Below, piece after piece: positions 20,404 to 30,332 of a stretch of 64,000 nt of DNA. The notes below the pieces were generated by a model that saw only the letters and a program-made list of their open reading frames with translations, ran no database searches and was not told the DNA's origin. Position 1 is the first letter of the stretch. Each line of letters opens with the position of its first letter. This DNA comes from Trinickia sp. (GTDB taxonomy: Bacteria > Pseudomonadota > Gammaproteobacteria > Burkholderiales > Burkholderiaceae): NCBI RefSeq assembly GCF_051961175.1, contig NZ_JBQCDN010000198.1, forward strand, positions 3,987-67,986, written 5' to 3'. The translations under genes and the position numbers were made by a program.

Positions 20404-21423
20404 ATGATCAATGCTCGCGAAATACGTGCCTTGCCGCGCAGTGGGTTGGAACTGACGGCTTTAGGGCTCGGATGCTCTCAACTCGGCGGTCTGTATCGTC
20501 CTATATCGTGGGCCGATTCGGAAGCGCTTGTCGATGCCGCATGGTCCGCCGGCCTGCGCTATTTCGATACCGCGCCGTATTACGGCTATACGCTTTCAGA
20601 ACGACGGGTTGGACAGGCGCTCGCTGCACGTGATCGGGACGCCTTCGTGCTCAGCACGAAGGTGGGCCGTCTGATGCGTCCCGATGCCGGTGTGCGGCCC
20701 GGTGACGATGGGTGGGCCGAGCCGCCGCCTTTTCGGCCTGCCTTCGATTACAGCTACGACGGCATCATGCGCTCGTACGAGGACAGTCAGCAGCGGCTTG
20801 GCATGGCTTGCCTGGACATCCTCTACGTGCATGACATCGGGGCGATGACGCATGGCGAGCGCCACACGCACTACTGGGCTCAGCTCACGCAAGGCGGCGG
20901 CTTTCGCGCCTTGGCGCAATTGCGCGAAAGCGGTGCGGTGCGCGCGATCGGCCTCGGTGTCAACGAGTGGGAGATCGTCGTGGATGCGATGAACGAGGTG
21001 CCGCTCGATGTCGTCCTGCTCGCTGGACGATACACACTGCTTGAGCAAACCGCGCTCGAGCCGTTGCTCGACGCTTGCGTGCGTGCGGAAACCGCAATCG
21101 TCGTGGGAGGGGTGTTCAATTCCGGTGTACTCGCCGGCAATGGCAAGTTCAACTATGGCGATGCCCCTGCCGAAGTGGTCAGAAAAGTGCAGCACTTAAC
21201 CGATGTTTGCGCGCGGTTCGACGTCCCGCTGCCGGCCGCGGCGCTGCAATTTCCGTTCGCTCACCCGGCTGTCGTTTCGTGTGTCGTCGGCGCGCGCAGT
21301 GTTGCGCAATTGCAGCAGAACATCGCATGGCTCGAGCGGCCCATACCCGGACAGTATTGGCAATCATTGCTCAACGAGGGACTGATTGCCGCCAATGTCC
21401 CTGTACCGCAGGCGCACCTGTGA
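20404..21423 (+). CDS. Aldo/keto reductase, D-threo-aldose (L-fucose/L-galactose) 1-dehydrogenase-like
   Basis: YFDTAPYYG, LSTKVGR, FDYSYDGIMRS, YVHD, LAGRYTLLEQ, AAALQF. Confidence 0.8.
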   Translation: MINAREIRALPRSGLELTALGLGCSQLGGLYRPISWADSEALVDAAWSAGLRYFDTAPYYGYTLSERRVGQALAARDRDAFVLSTKVGRLMRPDAGVRPGDDGWAEPPPFRPAFDYSYDGIMRSYEDSQQRLGMACLDILYVHDIGAMTHGERHTHYWAQLTQGGGFRALAQLRESGAVRAIGLGVNEWEIVVDAMNEVPLDVVLLAGRYTLLEQTALEPLLDACVRAETAIVVGGVFNSGVLAGNGKFNYGDAPAEVVRKVQHLTDVCARFDVPLPAAALQFPFAHPAVVSCVVGARSVAQLQQNIAWLERPIPGQYWQSLLNEGLIAANVPVPQAHL

Positions 21424-21489
21424 CGCAGGCAGGTTTTATAGCGTAGGCGACTTCCTTCGCCGCGCATGATTTGATAAAGAGGAATCCAT

Positions 21490-22500
21490 ATGCTTAGCGT
21501 GATTTGCGAATCACCGGGTGTGTTGCGCGCACAGCAAATCGATGCACCCGTTCGGGCTGCCGGCGAAGTATTGCTGCGCGTATCTCGCGTTGGAATTTGC
21601 GGTACCGACCTGCATATCTTCACCGGAAATCAACCCTATCTGCAGTACCCGCGTGTGATGGGGCATGAGTTTTCCGGGGTGGTAGCCGAGGCGGACCATG
21701 GCTCGGGATTTGCGCCGGGCGATGGCGTCTACGTGATGCCGTATCTGTCTTGCGGGCATTGCGTTGCCTGCCGGCAAGGCAAGACCAACTGTTGCGTGGA
21801 CATCAAGGTGTTGGGCGTGCATCGCGACGGCGCACTGACCGAATATCTCAGCGTACCCGCGCAGTTCGTTCACAAGGCCGAGGGCGTCACGCTCGATCAG
21901 GCCGCGATGCTGGAGTTTTTGGCGATCGGAGCACATGCGGTGCGACGGGCGGATGTATTGGCCGATCAACGCGTGCTGGTGGTCGGGGCCGGCCCGATCG
22001 GCATGGCCGCCATGATCTTTGCGAAACTGCGGGGCGCCCATGTCACGTGTCTCGATACGCGTTCCGACCGCCTGGAACTGTGCAAATCCGAATTGAAGGT
22101 GGATGCTGCCGTCGCCGTCGGTCCCACCGACACCGAACAACTTGCGGCGATCACGAACAATGAGTTCTTCGATGTCGTCTTCGATGCGACAGGCAATATC
22201 GACGCGATGAACCGTGGGTTTGGGTTTGTCGCGCACGGCGGAAAATACACGCTGATCTCGATCGTGCCGGGGCAGGTGACGTTCTCCGATCCGGAGTTTC
22301 ATAAGCGCGAAATGACCTTGCTCGCCAGCCGCAATGCCACGACCGCCGACTTCGAGACCGTGGTGGAAGCCATGCGTGCGGGGCGCATTCCAGATCAGGC
22401 ACTGAACACGCATCGCATGCGGCTTGCCGACGTTCCGGAGGCGTTTCCGCGCTTGTTGGAGACGGGGCAGACCGTGGTGAAGGCTTTGGTCGAATGCTGA
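21490..22500 (+). CDS. Zn-dependent dehydrogenase, L-galactonate 5-dehydrogenase (LgoD/YjjN)-like
   Basis: GICGTDLH, GHE, CGHCVACRQGKTNCC, GVHRDG, GAGPIG, FSDPEFHKREMTLLASRNA. Confidence 0.8.
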   Translation: MLSVICESPGVLRAQQIDAPVRAAGEVLLRVSRVGICGTDLHIFTGNQPYLQYPRVMGHEFSGVVAEADHGSGFAPGDGVYVMPYLSCGHCVACRQGKTNCCVDIKVLGVHRDGALTEYLSVPAQFVHKAEGVTLDQAAMLEFLAIGAHAVRRADVLADQRVLVVGAGPIGMAAMIFAKLRGAHVTCLDTRSDRLELCKSELKVDAAVAVGPTDTEQLAAITNNEFFDVVFDATGNIDAMNRGFGFVAHGGKYTLISIVPGQVTFSDPEFHKREMTLLASRNATTADFETVVEAMRAGRIPDQALNTHRMRLADVPEAFPRLLETGQTVVKALVEC

Positions 22501-22537
22501 CCCAATCAAATGCCGTGGGACGTTCAGGATAGCCAGC

Positions 22538-23671
22538 ATGAGTGAACCCATACTTCAGTTCGGCACGAGCCGGTTCCTCTTAGCGCACGTTGCGTTATTT
22601 GTCTCGCAAGCGCTGGAGCGCGGCGATGCGATCGGTGGCATCAGTGTCGTGCAGACCACCGGCAACCCCGCCAGTCACGCACGCGTTGACGCTTTGTCGC
22701 GGCAAGCCGGCTATCCGGTACGCATTCGGGGCAGAGAGCATGGCGACATCGTCGACAAAGTTGTCGTCGGCAATGCGATCCGCTCCGCATGGGTGGCCGA
22801 TCGCGACTGGGCAAAAGTCCGCCGCGCAGCGATCGAAGATGTCAGGGTCATCGTATCGAACACCGGCGACACGGGTTATCGCCTCGATGACAAAGATTCC
22901 GTCGATATGCTTTCTGACGGCGGATCTGTGCCGCGCAGCTATCCCGCGAAGCTGCTCGCATTGCTGCATTCGCGTTGGCGCGAACGCGCTGGCGATGGCG
23001 TGTCGATTTTCCCCTGTGAATTGGTGGAGAACAACGGCGATACGCTGCGCGCGATCGTGGTCGGTTTAGCGACGCAATGGTCGTTGCCCGATGCTTTCAT
23101 CGCGTACATTCGGGATCGATGTGTCTGGGTGAACTCACTCGTGGATCGAATCGTGTCGGAGCCGATCGATCCCGTCGGTGCAGTCGCCGAGCCATACGCC
23201 CTTTGGGCGATCGAGCGACGCGCGGGAATGGAGTTGCCCTGCACCCACGAGAGCATGGTTTTGACGGACGACTTGCGAACCCATGAGCGGTTGAAACTCT
23301 TTTTTCTCAACCTCGGCCATACCTGGCTGGCGGAGCAGTGGCTCACCGAGCAGCGCTCGATGTCCGAAACGGTGCTCGATGCGATGCAAGATTCGCGTAT
23401 GCGCGCTGACGTCGAAGCGGTGTGGCAGGAGGAAGTCTTGCCCGTCTTCGAGGCAATGGGCATGCGCGTTCAGGCCGAAGACTACCTCAGCAGCGTTCGC
23501 GAGCGGTTCGGCAATCCCTATCTCGATCACCGAATTGCGGACATCGCGCAAAACCACGTGGCGAAGCTCAAACGGCGAGTACTGCCACTAATCGAACTGG
23601 CGCATTCGCTGTCGATGGAAAACGCTCAACCGCGCTTGCGTGGCTTGCTTGGCGCGCGTGGGCTCATCTAA
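22538..23671 (+). CDS. uxaB: Mannitol-dehydrogenase family, altronate oxidoreductase/tagaturonate reductase-like
   Basis: ILQFG, VSNTGD, SYPAKL, PCEL, NSLVDRIV, AEPYALWAIE, KLFFLNLGH, RFGNPYLDH. Confidence 0.7.
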   Translation: MSEPILQFGTSRFLLAHVALFVSQALERGDAIGGISVVQTTGNPASHARVDALSRQAGYPVRIRGREHGDIVDKVVVGNAIRSAWVADRDWAKVRRAAIEDVRVIVSNTGDTGYRLDDKDSVDMLSDGGSVPRSYPAKLLALLHSRWRERAGDGVSIFPCELVENNGDTLRAIVVGLATQWSLPDAFIAYIRDRCVWVNSLVDRIVSEPIDPVGAVAEPYALWAIERRAGMELPCTHESMVLTDDLRTHERLKLFFLNLGHTWLAEQWLTEQRSMSETVLDAMQDSRMRADVEAVWQEEVLPVFEAMGMRVQAEDYLSSVRERFGNPYLDHRIADIAQNHVAKLKRRVLPLIELAHSLSMENAQPRLRGLLGARGLI

Positions 23672-23694
23672 TAAACGAAGATTAGGCATCAATC

Positions 23695-25221
23695 ATGACG
23701 GATCGGAGCGTTGTACTTCTGCACGGCGACGATAACGTGGCGGTGGCGCTGCGCTCATTGGCCCAAGGCGATGACGTCGACGTAGGCGGCCGTCGGCTGG
23801 GCGTGCTGTCGGATATTCCCGCCGGCCACAAGGTGGCGACCCGGGACATCGCCAGCGGTGCGAACGTGTGCAAATACCACCAAACCATTGGCATCGCGTT
23901 GCGAGACATTTCGGCCGGCGAGCACGTTCATGTGCATAACGTCGGTATGCCCGAGCAACACGAGCAGGGGCAGCCGCAGGCCGGGGTGGTCGTCCAGCGT
24001 GTCCGCGCCGAAGGCTCGGATACGTTCATGGGCTTCGAGCGATCCGACGGGCAGGTTGGCACGCGAAACTTCATCGGCGTGATCGCCAGTGTCAACTGTT
24101 CGGCCAGTGTCTGCCACGCGATCGCCGATGCATTCAAGGGCGATGCCCTTGCGTCGCTCGGGAATGTCGATGGCGTCGTGCCGATCACGCATCAGAGCGG
24201 ATGCGGGATGTCGTCGACGGGAGACGGCATCGCGCTGTTACGCCGCACGCTCGTTGGTTACGCGAAAAGCCCCAATTTTGCAGGGGTGCTGCTCGTGGGC
24301 CTCGGTTGCGAAGTCAATCAGGTCGAAGCGATGACCGACATGTTGGGGCCGCTCGGCTCATGTCCGGTTCGAACGCTCGTCATCCAGGAAGAAGGCGGCG
24401 CGCGGGAGACGATCGGGCGCGGCATTGCGATTGTCCAGGAATTGCTCGACGTCGCGAATCGGGCAACGCGCACGAGGGTGTCAGCGTCGAAGCTGAAGCT
24501 AGGGCTGCAATGCGGTGGCTCCGACGGGTATTCGGGCATAACGGCGAACCCGGCGCTGGGCGTTGCCGTCGATCTGCTCGTGCGTAACGGCGGGACCGCG
24601 ATCCTTTCAGAAACGCCGGAAATATATGGCGCCGAGCATTTGCTGACGGCGAGAGCCGCATCCAGTGCCGTCTCCGGCCGTCTGCTCGAAAAGCTGCGTT
24701 GGTGGGAGCGCTATGCGGCAGCGGGAGGCGGTGAACTCAACAACAATCCGTCGCCGGGGAACAAGGCGGGCGGAATTACGACCATTCTCGAGAAGTCGCT
24801 TGGCGCGGTATCGAAGGGAGGAAGCACGGCGCTTAGCGCGGTGTATGACTATGCCGAGCCGGTGCATGAGCCGGGCCTCGTGTTCATGGACACGCCGGGC
24901 TATGACCCGGTATCGGCTACAGGACAAATCGCGGGCGGGGCGAACCTTGTCTGTTTCACGACGGGGCGAGGCTCGGTGTTCGGTTCGAAACCCGTTCCGA
25001 CGATCAAGGTGGCCACGACCACGGGGCTCTTCGAGCGGATGCGCTCCGATATGGATTTCAACAGCGGCCCGATCGTCGATGGAACGCTCAGTGTCGAGGA
25101 GGCCGGGGTGCAACTGTTTCAGCTGATGCTGGCGGTGGCGTCGGGGCAGCGGACCTGCAGCGAAATGAACGGCATAGGCGATCGCGAGTTCGTGCCCTGG
25201 ATGCAGGGCAGCGTCATGTAG
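23695..25221 (+). CDS. uxaA: Altronate dehydratase (UxaA family, SAF domain + catalytic domain)
   Basis: DNVAVAL..GHKVA..HVHN, VGTRN, HQSGCG, GLGCE, CGGSDGYSG, NPSPGNKAGG, FTTGRGS. Confidence 0.85.
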   Translation: MTDRSVVLLHGDDNVAVALRSLAQGDDVDVGGRRLGVLSDIPAGHKVATRDIASGANVCKYHQTIGIALRDISAGEHVHVHNVGMPEQHEQGQPQAGVVVQRVRAEGSDTFMGFERSDGQVGTRNFIGVIASVNCSASVCHAIADAFKGDALASLGNVDGVVPITHQSGCGMSSTGDGIALLRRTLVGYAKSPNFAGVLLVGLGCEVNQVEAMTDMLGPLGSCPVRTLVIQEEGGARETIGRGIAIVQELLDVANRATRTRVSASKLKLGLQCGGSDGYSGITANPALGVAVDLLVRNGGTAILSETPEIYGAEHLLTARAASSAVSGRLLEKLRWWERYAAAGGGELNNNPSPGNKAGGITTILEKSLGAVSKGGSTALSAVYDYAEPVHEPGLVFMDTPGYDPVSATGQIAGGANLVCFTTGRGSVFGSKPVPTIKVATTTGLFERMRSDMDFNSGPIVDGTLSVEEAGVQLFQLMLAVASGQRTCSEMNGIGDREFVPWMQGSVM

Positions 25222-25284
25222 ACGGCCATCGTGAGCCGCAATCTCCTCTAGTTGCATAACCGGTCATTCATAAGAGAAAGGACC

Positions 25285-25626
25285 ATGCGTTACTGTCTTG
25301 CATTGGATCTGAAAGACGATCCCGAACTCATCGCCCGATACGAGGATTTCCATCGCGAGGTTTGGCCCGATGTGCTCAGTCACATACGCGAGCACGGGGT
25401 CACGAACATGGAAATTTATCGTCTGGGAACGCGTTTGTTCATGATCATGGACACGGACGATGCCCGCTACGATGCCGATCGAATGGCCCAGGGAGCGTTG
25501 AATAATCCCGTGGTTCAACAATGGGAAACGCTGATGTGGGAATTTCAGGCGCCCACGCCTTGGACACCGGCCGGACAAAAGTGGGTGCCGATGGATCGGA
25601 TATTCGATTTGCAACAGCAGCGGTAG
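25285..25626 (+). CDS. L-rhamnose/L-fucose mutarotase family protein
   Basis: [44 protein letters not shown]. Confidence 0.85.
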   Translation: MRYCLALDLKDDPELIARYEDFHREVWPDVLSHIREHGVTNMEIYRLGTRLFMIMDTDDARYDADRMAQGALNNPVVQQWETLMWEFQAPTPWTPAGQKWVPMDRIFDLQQQR

Positions 25627-25685
25627 CGTGTCCGCGCATCACCAGAACCAGACAACAACGATATAGAGCGGGCGACGGGGAACCT

Positions 25686-27272
25686 ATGTTGAAGCATCTC
25701 TCTTTTCGAATGAGCATTACGCTGGTCATCTCTGCGTTCTTTGCGATTTTGCTTATATCGATCCTGGCGGGTGCCGGGGCGCTAAAACTGAGCCACGACG
25801 CCTTGCGCGAGATGTATGAGAGGGATACGCAGTCGCTTGCGGCGTTGCAGACGAGCGATGCGGTGTTGCAGCGCGCTCGCATATCACTCGACAGTTATCA
25901 GGCGCTTTATGCGCTAGGTGATGCTCAACCGGATCTTCTGGCCGTTGCCCGTCGCGGGATCGCTGAGTCCGAGCGTTCGTTTGAGCGCTTCGTCCAATTG
26001 CAGGAAGCCGATCCGCAGGCACTGGCAGTGGCGAACCTATTGAAAGCACAGCGCCGCGCCGTGGTCGACAAGGTTGTGCTACCCGGTCTCCGGGCGTTGG
26101 AGAGCATGAATATCGGCAGCTTCAAGACGTTGCAGGGCAAGGAGTCGGAATTGCTTGCGAAGGTTTACGAAGCCGGTGTGAACGACAGGGAGCACGCTGT
26201 CGTGGAAGGGCAGGGCGCACGATATGCGCAAGCGCAGACGAGGTTTCGCAGGATGATCGGGCTGCTCGCGGCGACGTCGGTGGTGGCACTGGTGCTCGGC
26301 CTTTTTGCGAGAGCGATGCTGATACGCGTCGTTGTGCATCCTGTTTCCGAAACGATGACTCATCTACGGCGCATCGCATCTGGGGACCTGAGCGGAGAAA
26401 TCCGAATCGAGTACCGCAACGAAATGGGCGCGGTACTCGCCGATCTCAAGGCGATGCAGGATTCGCTAGTCGCGATGGTGCGAAGTGTGAGAAACGGCAC
26501 CGAAACGATTGGAGTGGGTGCGCAGGAGATTGCATCGGGCAACGCGGATCTATCGCGCCGTACCGAACTGCAGGCGGCGTCGTTGGAGCGTACGGTCGCA
26601 AACATGAAGCAACTGACGGACAGCGTCAAGACCAACGCTGAGCACGCGGATAAGGCCAGTCAACGCGCGCTGCACGCGTCAAGTACTGCCGTCGCGGGTG
26701 GTCAGGTGGTGAGCGAAGTGGTTCAGACGATGCAAGGAATCGCCGTTCATTCGACCAAGATCGCGGAAATCGTGCGCCTGATCGACAGCGTTGCGTTTCA
26801 GACGAACATTCTTGCGCTGAACGCCGCGGTTGAGGCGGCGCGCGCGGGTGATCTCGGACGTGGATTCGCGGTTGTCGCGCATGAAGTACGGAGCCTCGCG
26901 CAACGTTGCGCCGATGCGGCTAAGGAGATCAAGCTGCTAATCGATGAGACAGTCGAAAAAATTTCAGCAGGTTCCGCGCTTGCCGACCGCGCGGGAGAAA
27001 CGATGAAAGACGTCGTGTCGTCGTTCGAAACCGTCAACGGGTTGACGGCTGACATTTGTTCCGCAGTCCAAGCGCAGAGCCTCAGCATCGCGGATATCAA
27101 CGATGCCGTGACAAAAATGGATGTCGCCACGCAACAGAATGCGGCATTGGTCGAAGAGGTGAGCGCGGCGGCGACGTCTCTCGAAGGAGAGGCATCGGTG
27201 CTGACGGATGCCGTGGCGTTGTTCAAATTGGTCCCGATTGATGCAGTCCCGGGTGCAATGGCTAGCGTCTAA
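25686..27272 (+). CDS. Methyl-accepting chemotaxis protein (Tar-like periplasmic domain, HAMP)
   Basis: Two TM segments; [42 protein letters not shown]; [10 protein letters not shown]. Confidence 0.93.
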   Translation: MLKHLSFRMSITLVISAFFAILLISILAGAGALKLSHDALREMYERDTQSLAALQTSDAVLQRARISLDSYQALYALGDAQPDLLAVARRGIAESERSFERFVQLQEADPQALAVANLLKAQRRAVVDKVVLPGLRALESMNIGSFKTLQGKESELLAKVYEAGVNDREHAVVEGQGARYAQAQTRFRRMIGLLAATSVVALVLGLFARAMLIRVVVHPVSETMTHLRRIASGDLSGEIRIEYRNEMGAVLADLKAMQDSLVAMVRSVRNGTETIGVGAQEIASGNADLSRRTELQAASLERTVANMKQLTDSVKTNAEHADKASQRALHASSTAVAGGQVVSEVVQTMQGIAVHSTKIAEIVRLIDSVAFQTNILALNAAVEAARAGDLGRGFAVVAHEVRSLAQRCADAAKEIKLLIDETVEKISAGSALADRAGETMKDVVSSFETVNGLTADICSAVQAQSLSIADINDAVTKMDVATQQNAALVEEVSAAATSLEGEASVLTDAVALFKLVPIDAVPGAMASV

Positions 27273-27405
27273 GCGAGAAGGCGTCCTACCCTCCGCGGCC
27301 GATTGGTATGCGTGCAAAGAACAACGTTTTCGCTTCGCCCGCAGATGGCCTTTGCCGGCGGGCGTTGTTGAGGTGCGGAGCTCGGGGGCGCGCACCGTCA
27401 GTGGG

Positions 27406-28398
27406 TCAGTTGTGTACCAGGTACTTCCGGAAGAAGGCCAATACGGCGGCGTCGAATTGCTGATGAAAGGCGACTCTGTCGAACCCATGTTTATCCAAGC
27501 ATATCCTGGGAAGTCTCTTCGCCAATTCGGCCGAGCAAGGTGCAAGAAAGGCGAAGTGGCCCGCATCTCGCACGAGATGGTAGTGGGCCTTTATCGGTAG
27601 ATCGTGATCGATCGCTGAAACGTAGTCAGGCATCACTTCGCCGCCGGTCTTGTCTTCTCCGCTCAGCTCCGATTCCCAAAGTTGAATCGGAATCTTTACG
27701 TCCTTCAAGCCATGTGTGTCGAACAATGGACCGAACGCAGGATCGGCGATGACAAGGGCCTTGACTCGCGGGTCATGCACGAGCGCTTGTGCTTGGATTT
27801 CATCGCCTTGCTGTTGGGCGCAGATGGGTTTCGGAAAGCCGTTCGCGCAGAACGCCGTCATCTTTTGGAGATTGGGGTCGCCGCCGGCGACAACCAGGCC
27901 CGTGTAACCGCCCCTCGAAAAACCGAAGAATCCTATGTTGTCGGGATCGAGCTTCTGATGATCGGGCCATGCGGTGAGCATGTAGTCGATCAATCTCTTG
28001 ATGTCGGCTGGACGGTCCGTTAATGCGGCGAGGGTGTCGGCATGGCTCATATCGCCACCGCCTGAGTCGATTGGATGGTTGAGCGCAACCACAACGAACC
28101 CACCGTCCGCGAGTGCTTCCGCAGTGTCATGGTGACTGATGAAAGATCCTTGGTACCCATGCGAGATCACGATCAACGGTAGTTTCTCGCCCGACACCCT
28201 GCAGTCAGGTGTCGCGGGGAGCGTCGTTGTGCGGATTTTCACCTCACCCGCCGGCTCGAGACAAGGCGACCATACGGCTGCTCGGAGCATCGGAGCGCCG
28301 GCTTCGGCGGGCACTGTGATGAGACGAAAGCCGGCCGCATGGGCCAGTGTTGCGATCAAGCAGAAAGCGGATACGAGGGCTGTTCTTAAGATGGGCAT
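27406..28398 (-). CDS. Secreted alpha/beta hydrolase (dienelactone-hydrolase-like)
   Basis: Signal peptide ending AHA; PLIVISHG, GFSRGG nucleophile elbow, AGHFAFLAPC. Confidence 0.8.
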   Translation of the reverse strand: MPILRTALVSAFCLIATLAHAAGFRLITVPAEAGAPMLRAAVWSPCLEPAGEVKIRTTTLPATPDCRVSGEKLPLIVISHGYQGSFISHHDTAEALADGGFVVVALNHPIDSGGGDMSHADTLAALTDRPADIKRLIDYMLTAWPDHQKLDPDNIGFFGFSRGGYTGLVVAGGDPNLQKMTAFCANGFPKPICAQQQGDEIQAQALVHDPRVKALVIADPAFGPLFDTHGLKDVKIPIQLWESELSGEDKTGGEVMPDYVSAIDHDLPIKAHYHLVRDAGHFAFLAPCSAELAKRLPRICLDKHGFDRVAFHQQFDAAVLAFFRKYLVHN

Positions 28399-28517
28399 CG
28401 TTCCTCCTCGCCGCGTGGGCTGCATACCCGTTACCTGCGTCAACGACAAGATCAGCGCGTTGACTCTGATTTGACCCTACGCTTGCTCAGCTACTGGAGG
28501 ACGAGTTATCGGTTGGG

Positions 28518-30332
28518 CTACCGCTCAAGCAACATACGACTCAGCACACCGAACACCGTGGGCGCCAGCTCGGCGAGCCGGCTCACCACAATACTGTGCG
28601 GATAGAACGACTCCACCGCATCGGTCAGCACACCCACCCCGACAAGCTCGATGCCGCGTGCGCCAATCGCTGCGACACGTGCGCGCAAATCACTGCGCAG
28701 CACTTGCGGATCGCCGTCGCCCGTCGACGGGTAGCCGTCGGAGAACACCATCAGCACGCGGCGTGCGGCGCGCTGCTCGGCCAGCCGGGCGGCGGCCCAG
28801 GCCAGTGCTTCCCCGTCGGGATTCTCATAACCGCAATCGATGCAAGCAAGGCCGCTGAGCTCAGGCGAGCCGAAGCGTTTGTAGATCTTCAAATCGAGCC
28901 GTTCGACGAAACGGTTGTAGCGGCTCAGATCGGCGCCGGCGGTACGCTGGCGTTCGAGCAATGCTCGCATCGGCGCACTATCGACCGAGCTATAGCCGAG
29001 TACTTCGCATTCGAACGATAACTGCGTCAGCGCGTCGGCAAGCGCGGCCACACAGCGCTGAGCGAGCTCGATCTTTCTGCCCGCCATCGAACCGCTACGA
29101 TCGAGCAGCAACGTGATGGCCACGTCGCGGCCCTTGATCGCATGCAGCTTGCGAAACGGTGTGCGGTAGCCCGGCGATGTCGCGAGCTTGGCCAGCGCGG
29201 CGCGATCGATCTCTCCCCGCTCCTGCTCGCGGCGCCAGCGGATGCGTTCGTCGGCGCTCAGCGCGCGTTCGAGCCGGTCTTGCAGTGACGCCGTTTGGGC
29301 GCGTGCGGCTTGCCGCAGTGCACGCCAGGCCGTGGGCTCGCCTGCGCCGGTCAGATCGGTTTCGACGTCGAACTCGGTAGCCAGCGGGACGGACATCTGT
29401 GGGCGGAGGCCGGCCTTGGCGCGATGAGATGCCCGGCCTTCCATGTCGCTCGCCTCGCGCGCGGCTTCGGCTTCATCGAGCACCGCTGCGCCGAGCGGTG
29501 AACGCCCCATGCCGACCGCTTCGTGCGACGAAGCGTCCGATGCGCGTCCAGGGGCTTCCGCCTGCCAGTCGTCAGTTGCAAGCGGGGCGTCGAGCGCGAA
29601 CGTGTCGTCGAACGATTCGAACGTGGCGGCCGCCCGCTCGGTTTCGATATCTTCGGCGGCTTGCGTCGTGAACATCATATTGTTCGCGTCGCCGGCCGAT
29701 AGCGCACGCACACGCGCAACGATCGCTTGCGCACGCTCGATGCTTTCCCGAGTCGAGCGACTGTTCCGCGCGGCATCGATCAGTTCGCCGGCCGCATGCA
29801 GGGCAGCGGTCAGTGAATGACTTTGCGCTTCGATCTCGCCCGGCGCTTCGTTCCACAGCGCGCGCTCGATGCGCCATACCAGGCGAGCGCGCCAATGCAA
29901 GCGTGGCCAGCGCTGTGCCGCTTGCCGCGCCCCATGCGCCCGCAGCGCGCCCAGAAACCAGCGCGCGCCGGGATAGCTTTCGATCAGCCTCAACGCGACG
30001 CGCTGGTCCTCAATGACTTGCGCGAGCTCGGCCGTTACGCCGGCGGGTTGCGCGGCGAGCGCATCGAGCGATGAATATTTCGCGCGAGCGGCGAGAAGAT
30101 CCAAGTAGCCGACGAGCACATCTTTTTCCAGCGTTTCATCACCGGCTCGATCCGGTATCACAATGCGCCCCTGTTCGACGCGCGGGCCTTCGGGGCTGAA
30201 GGCGACCGAGACGCCATAGCTTCCGGTGATCACGCGCGCGATCTTGCCGAGCGTCGATTCGAAGCCGAAGCCCTCTTGCTCGCGCGCGACGTGTGCGGGA
30301 CGGATAGGCCGTGCTGCCCGTGTCGTGCTCAT
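28518..30332 (-). CDS. CobT-like protein with C-terminal VWA (MIDAS) domain
   Basis: LLLDRSGSM MIDAS motif, ENPDGEALAWA, VFSDGYP, LVGVGV; ATGA coupling to upstream AAA gene (ORF-track start 30524 is overextended). Confidence 0.8.
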   Translation of the reverse strand: MSTTRAARPIRPAHVAREQEGFGFESTLGKIARVITGSYGVSVAFSPEGPRVEQGRIVIPDRAGDETLEKDVLVGYLDLLAARAKYSSLDALAAQPAGVTAELAQVIEDQRVALRLIESYPGARWFLGALRAHGARQAAQRWPRLHWRARLVWRIERALWNEAPGEIEAQSHSLTAALHAAGELIDAARNSRSTRESIERAQAIVARVRALSAGDANNMMFTTQAAEDIETERAAATFESFDDTFALDAPLATDDWQAEAPGRASDASSHEAVGMGRSPLGAAVLDEAEAAREASDMEGRASHRAKAGLRPQMSVPLATEFDVETDLTGAGEPTAWRALRQAARAQTASLQDRLERALSADERIRWRREQERGEIDRAALAKLATSPGYRTPFRKLHAIKGRDVAITLLLDRSGSMAGRKIELAQRCVAALADALTQLSFECEVLGYSSVDSAPMRALLERQRTAGADLSRYNRFVERLDLKIYKRFGSPELSGLACIDCGYENPDGEALAWAAARLAEQRAARRVLMVFSDGYPSTGDGDPQVLRSDLRARVAAIGARGIELVGVGVLTDAVESFYPHSIVVSRLAELAPTVFGVLSRMLLER

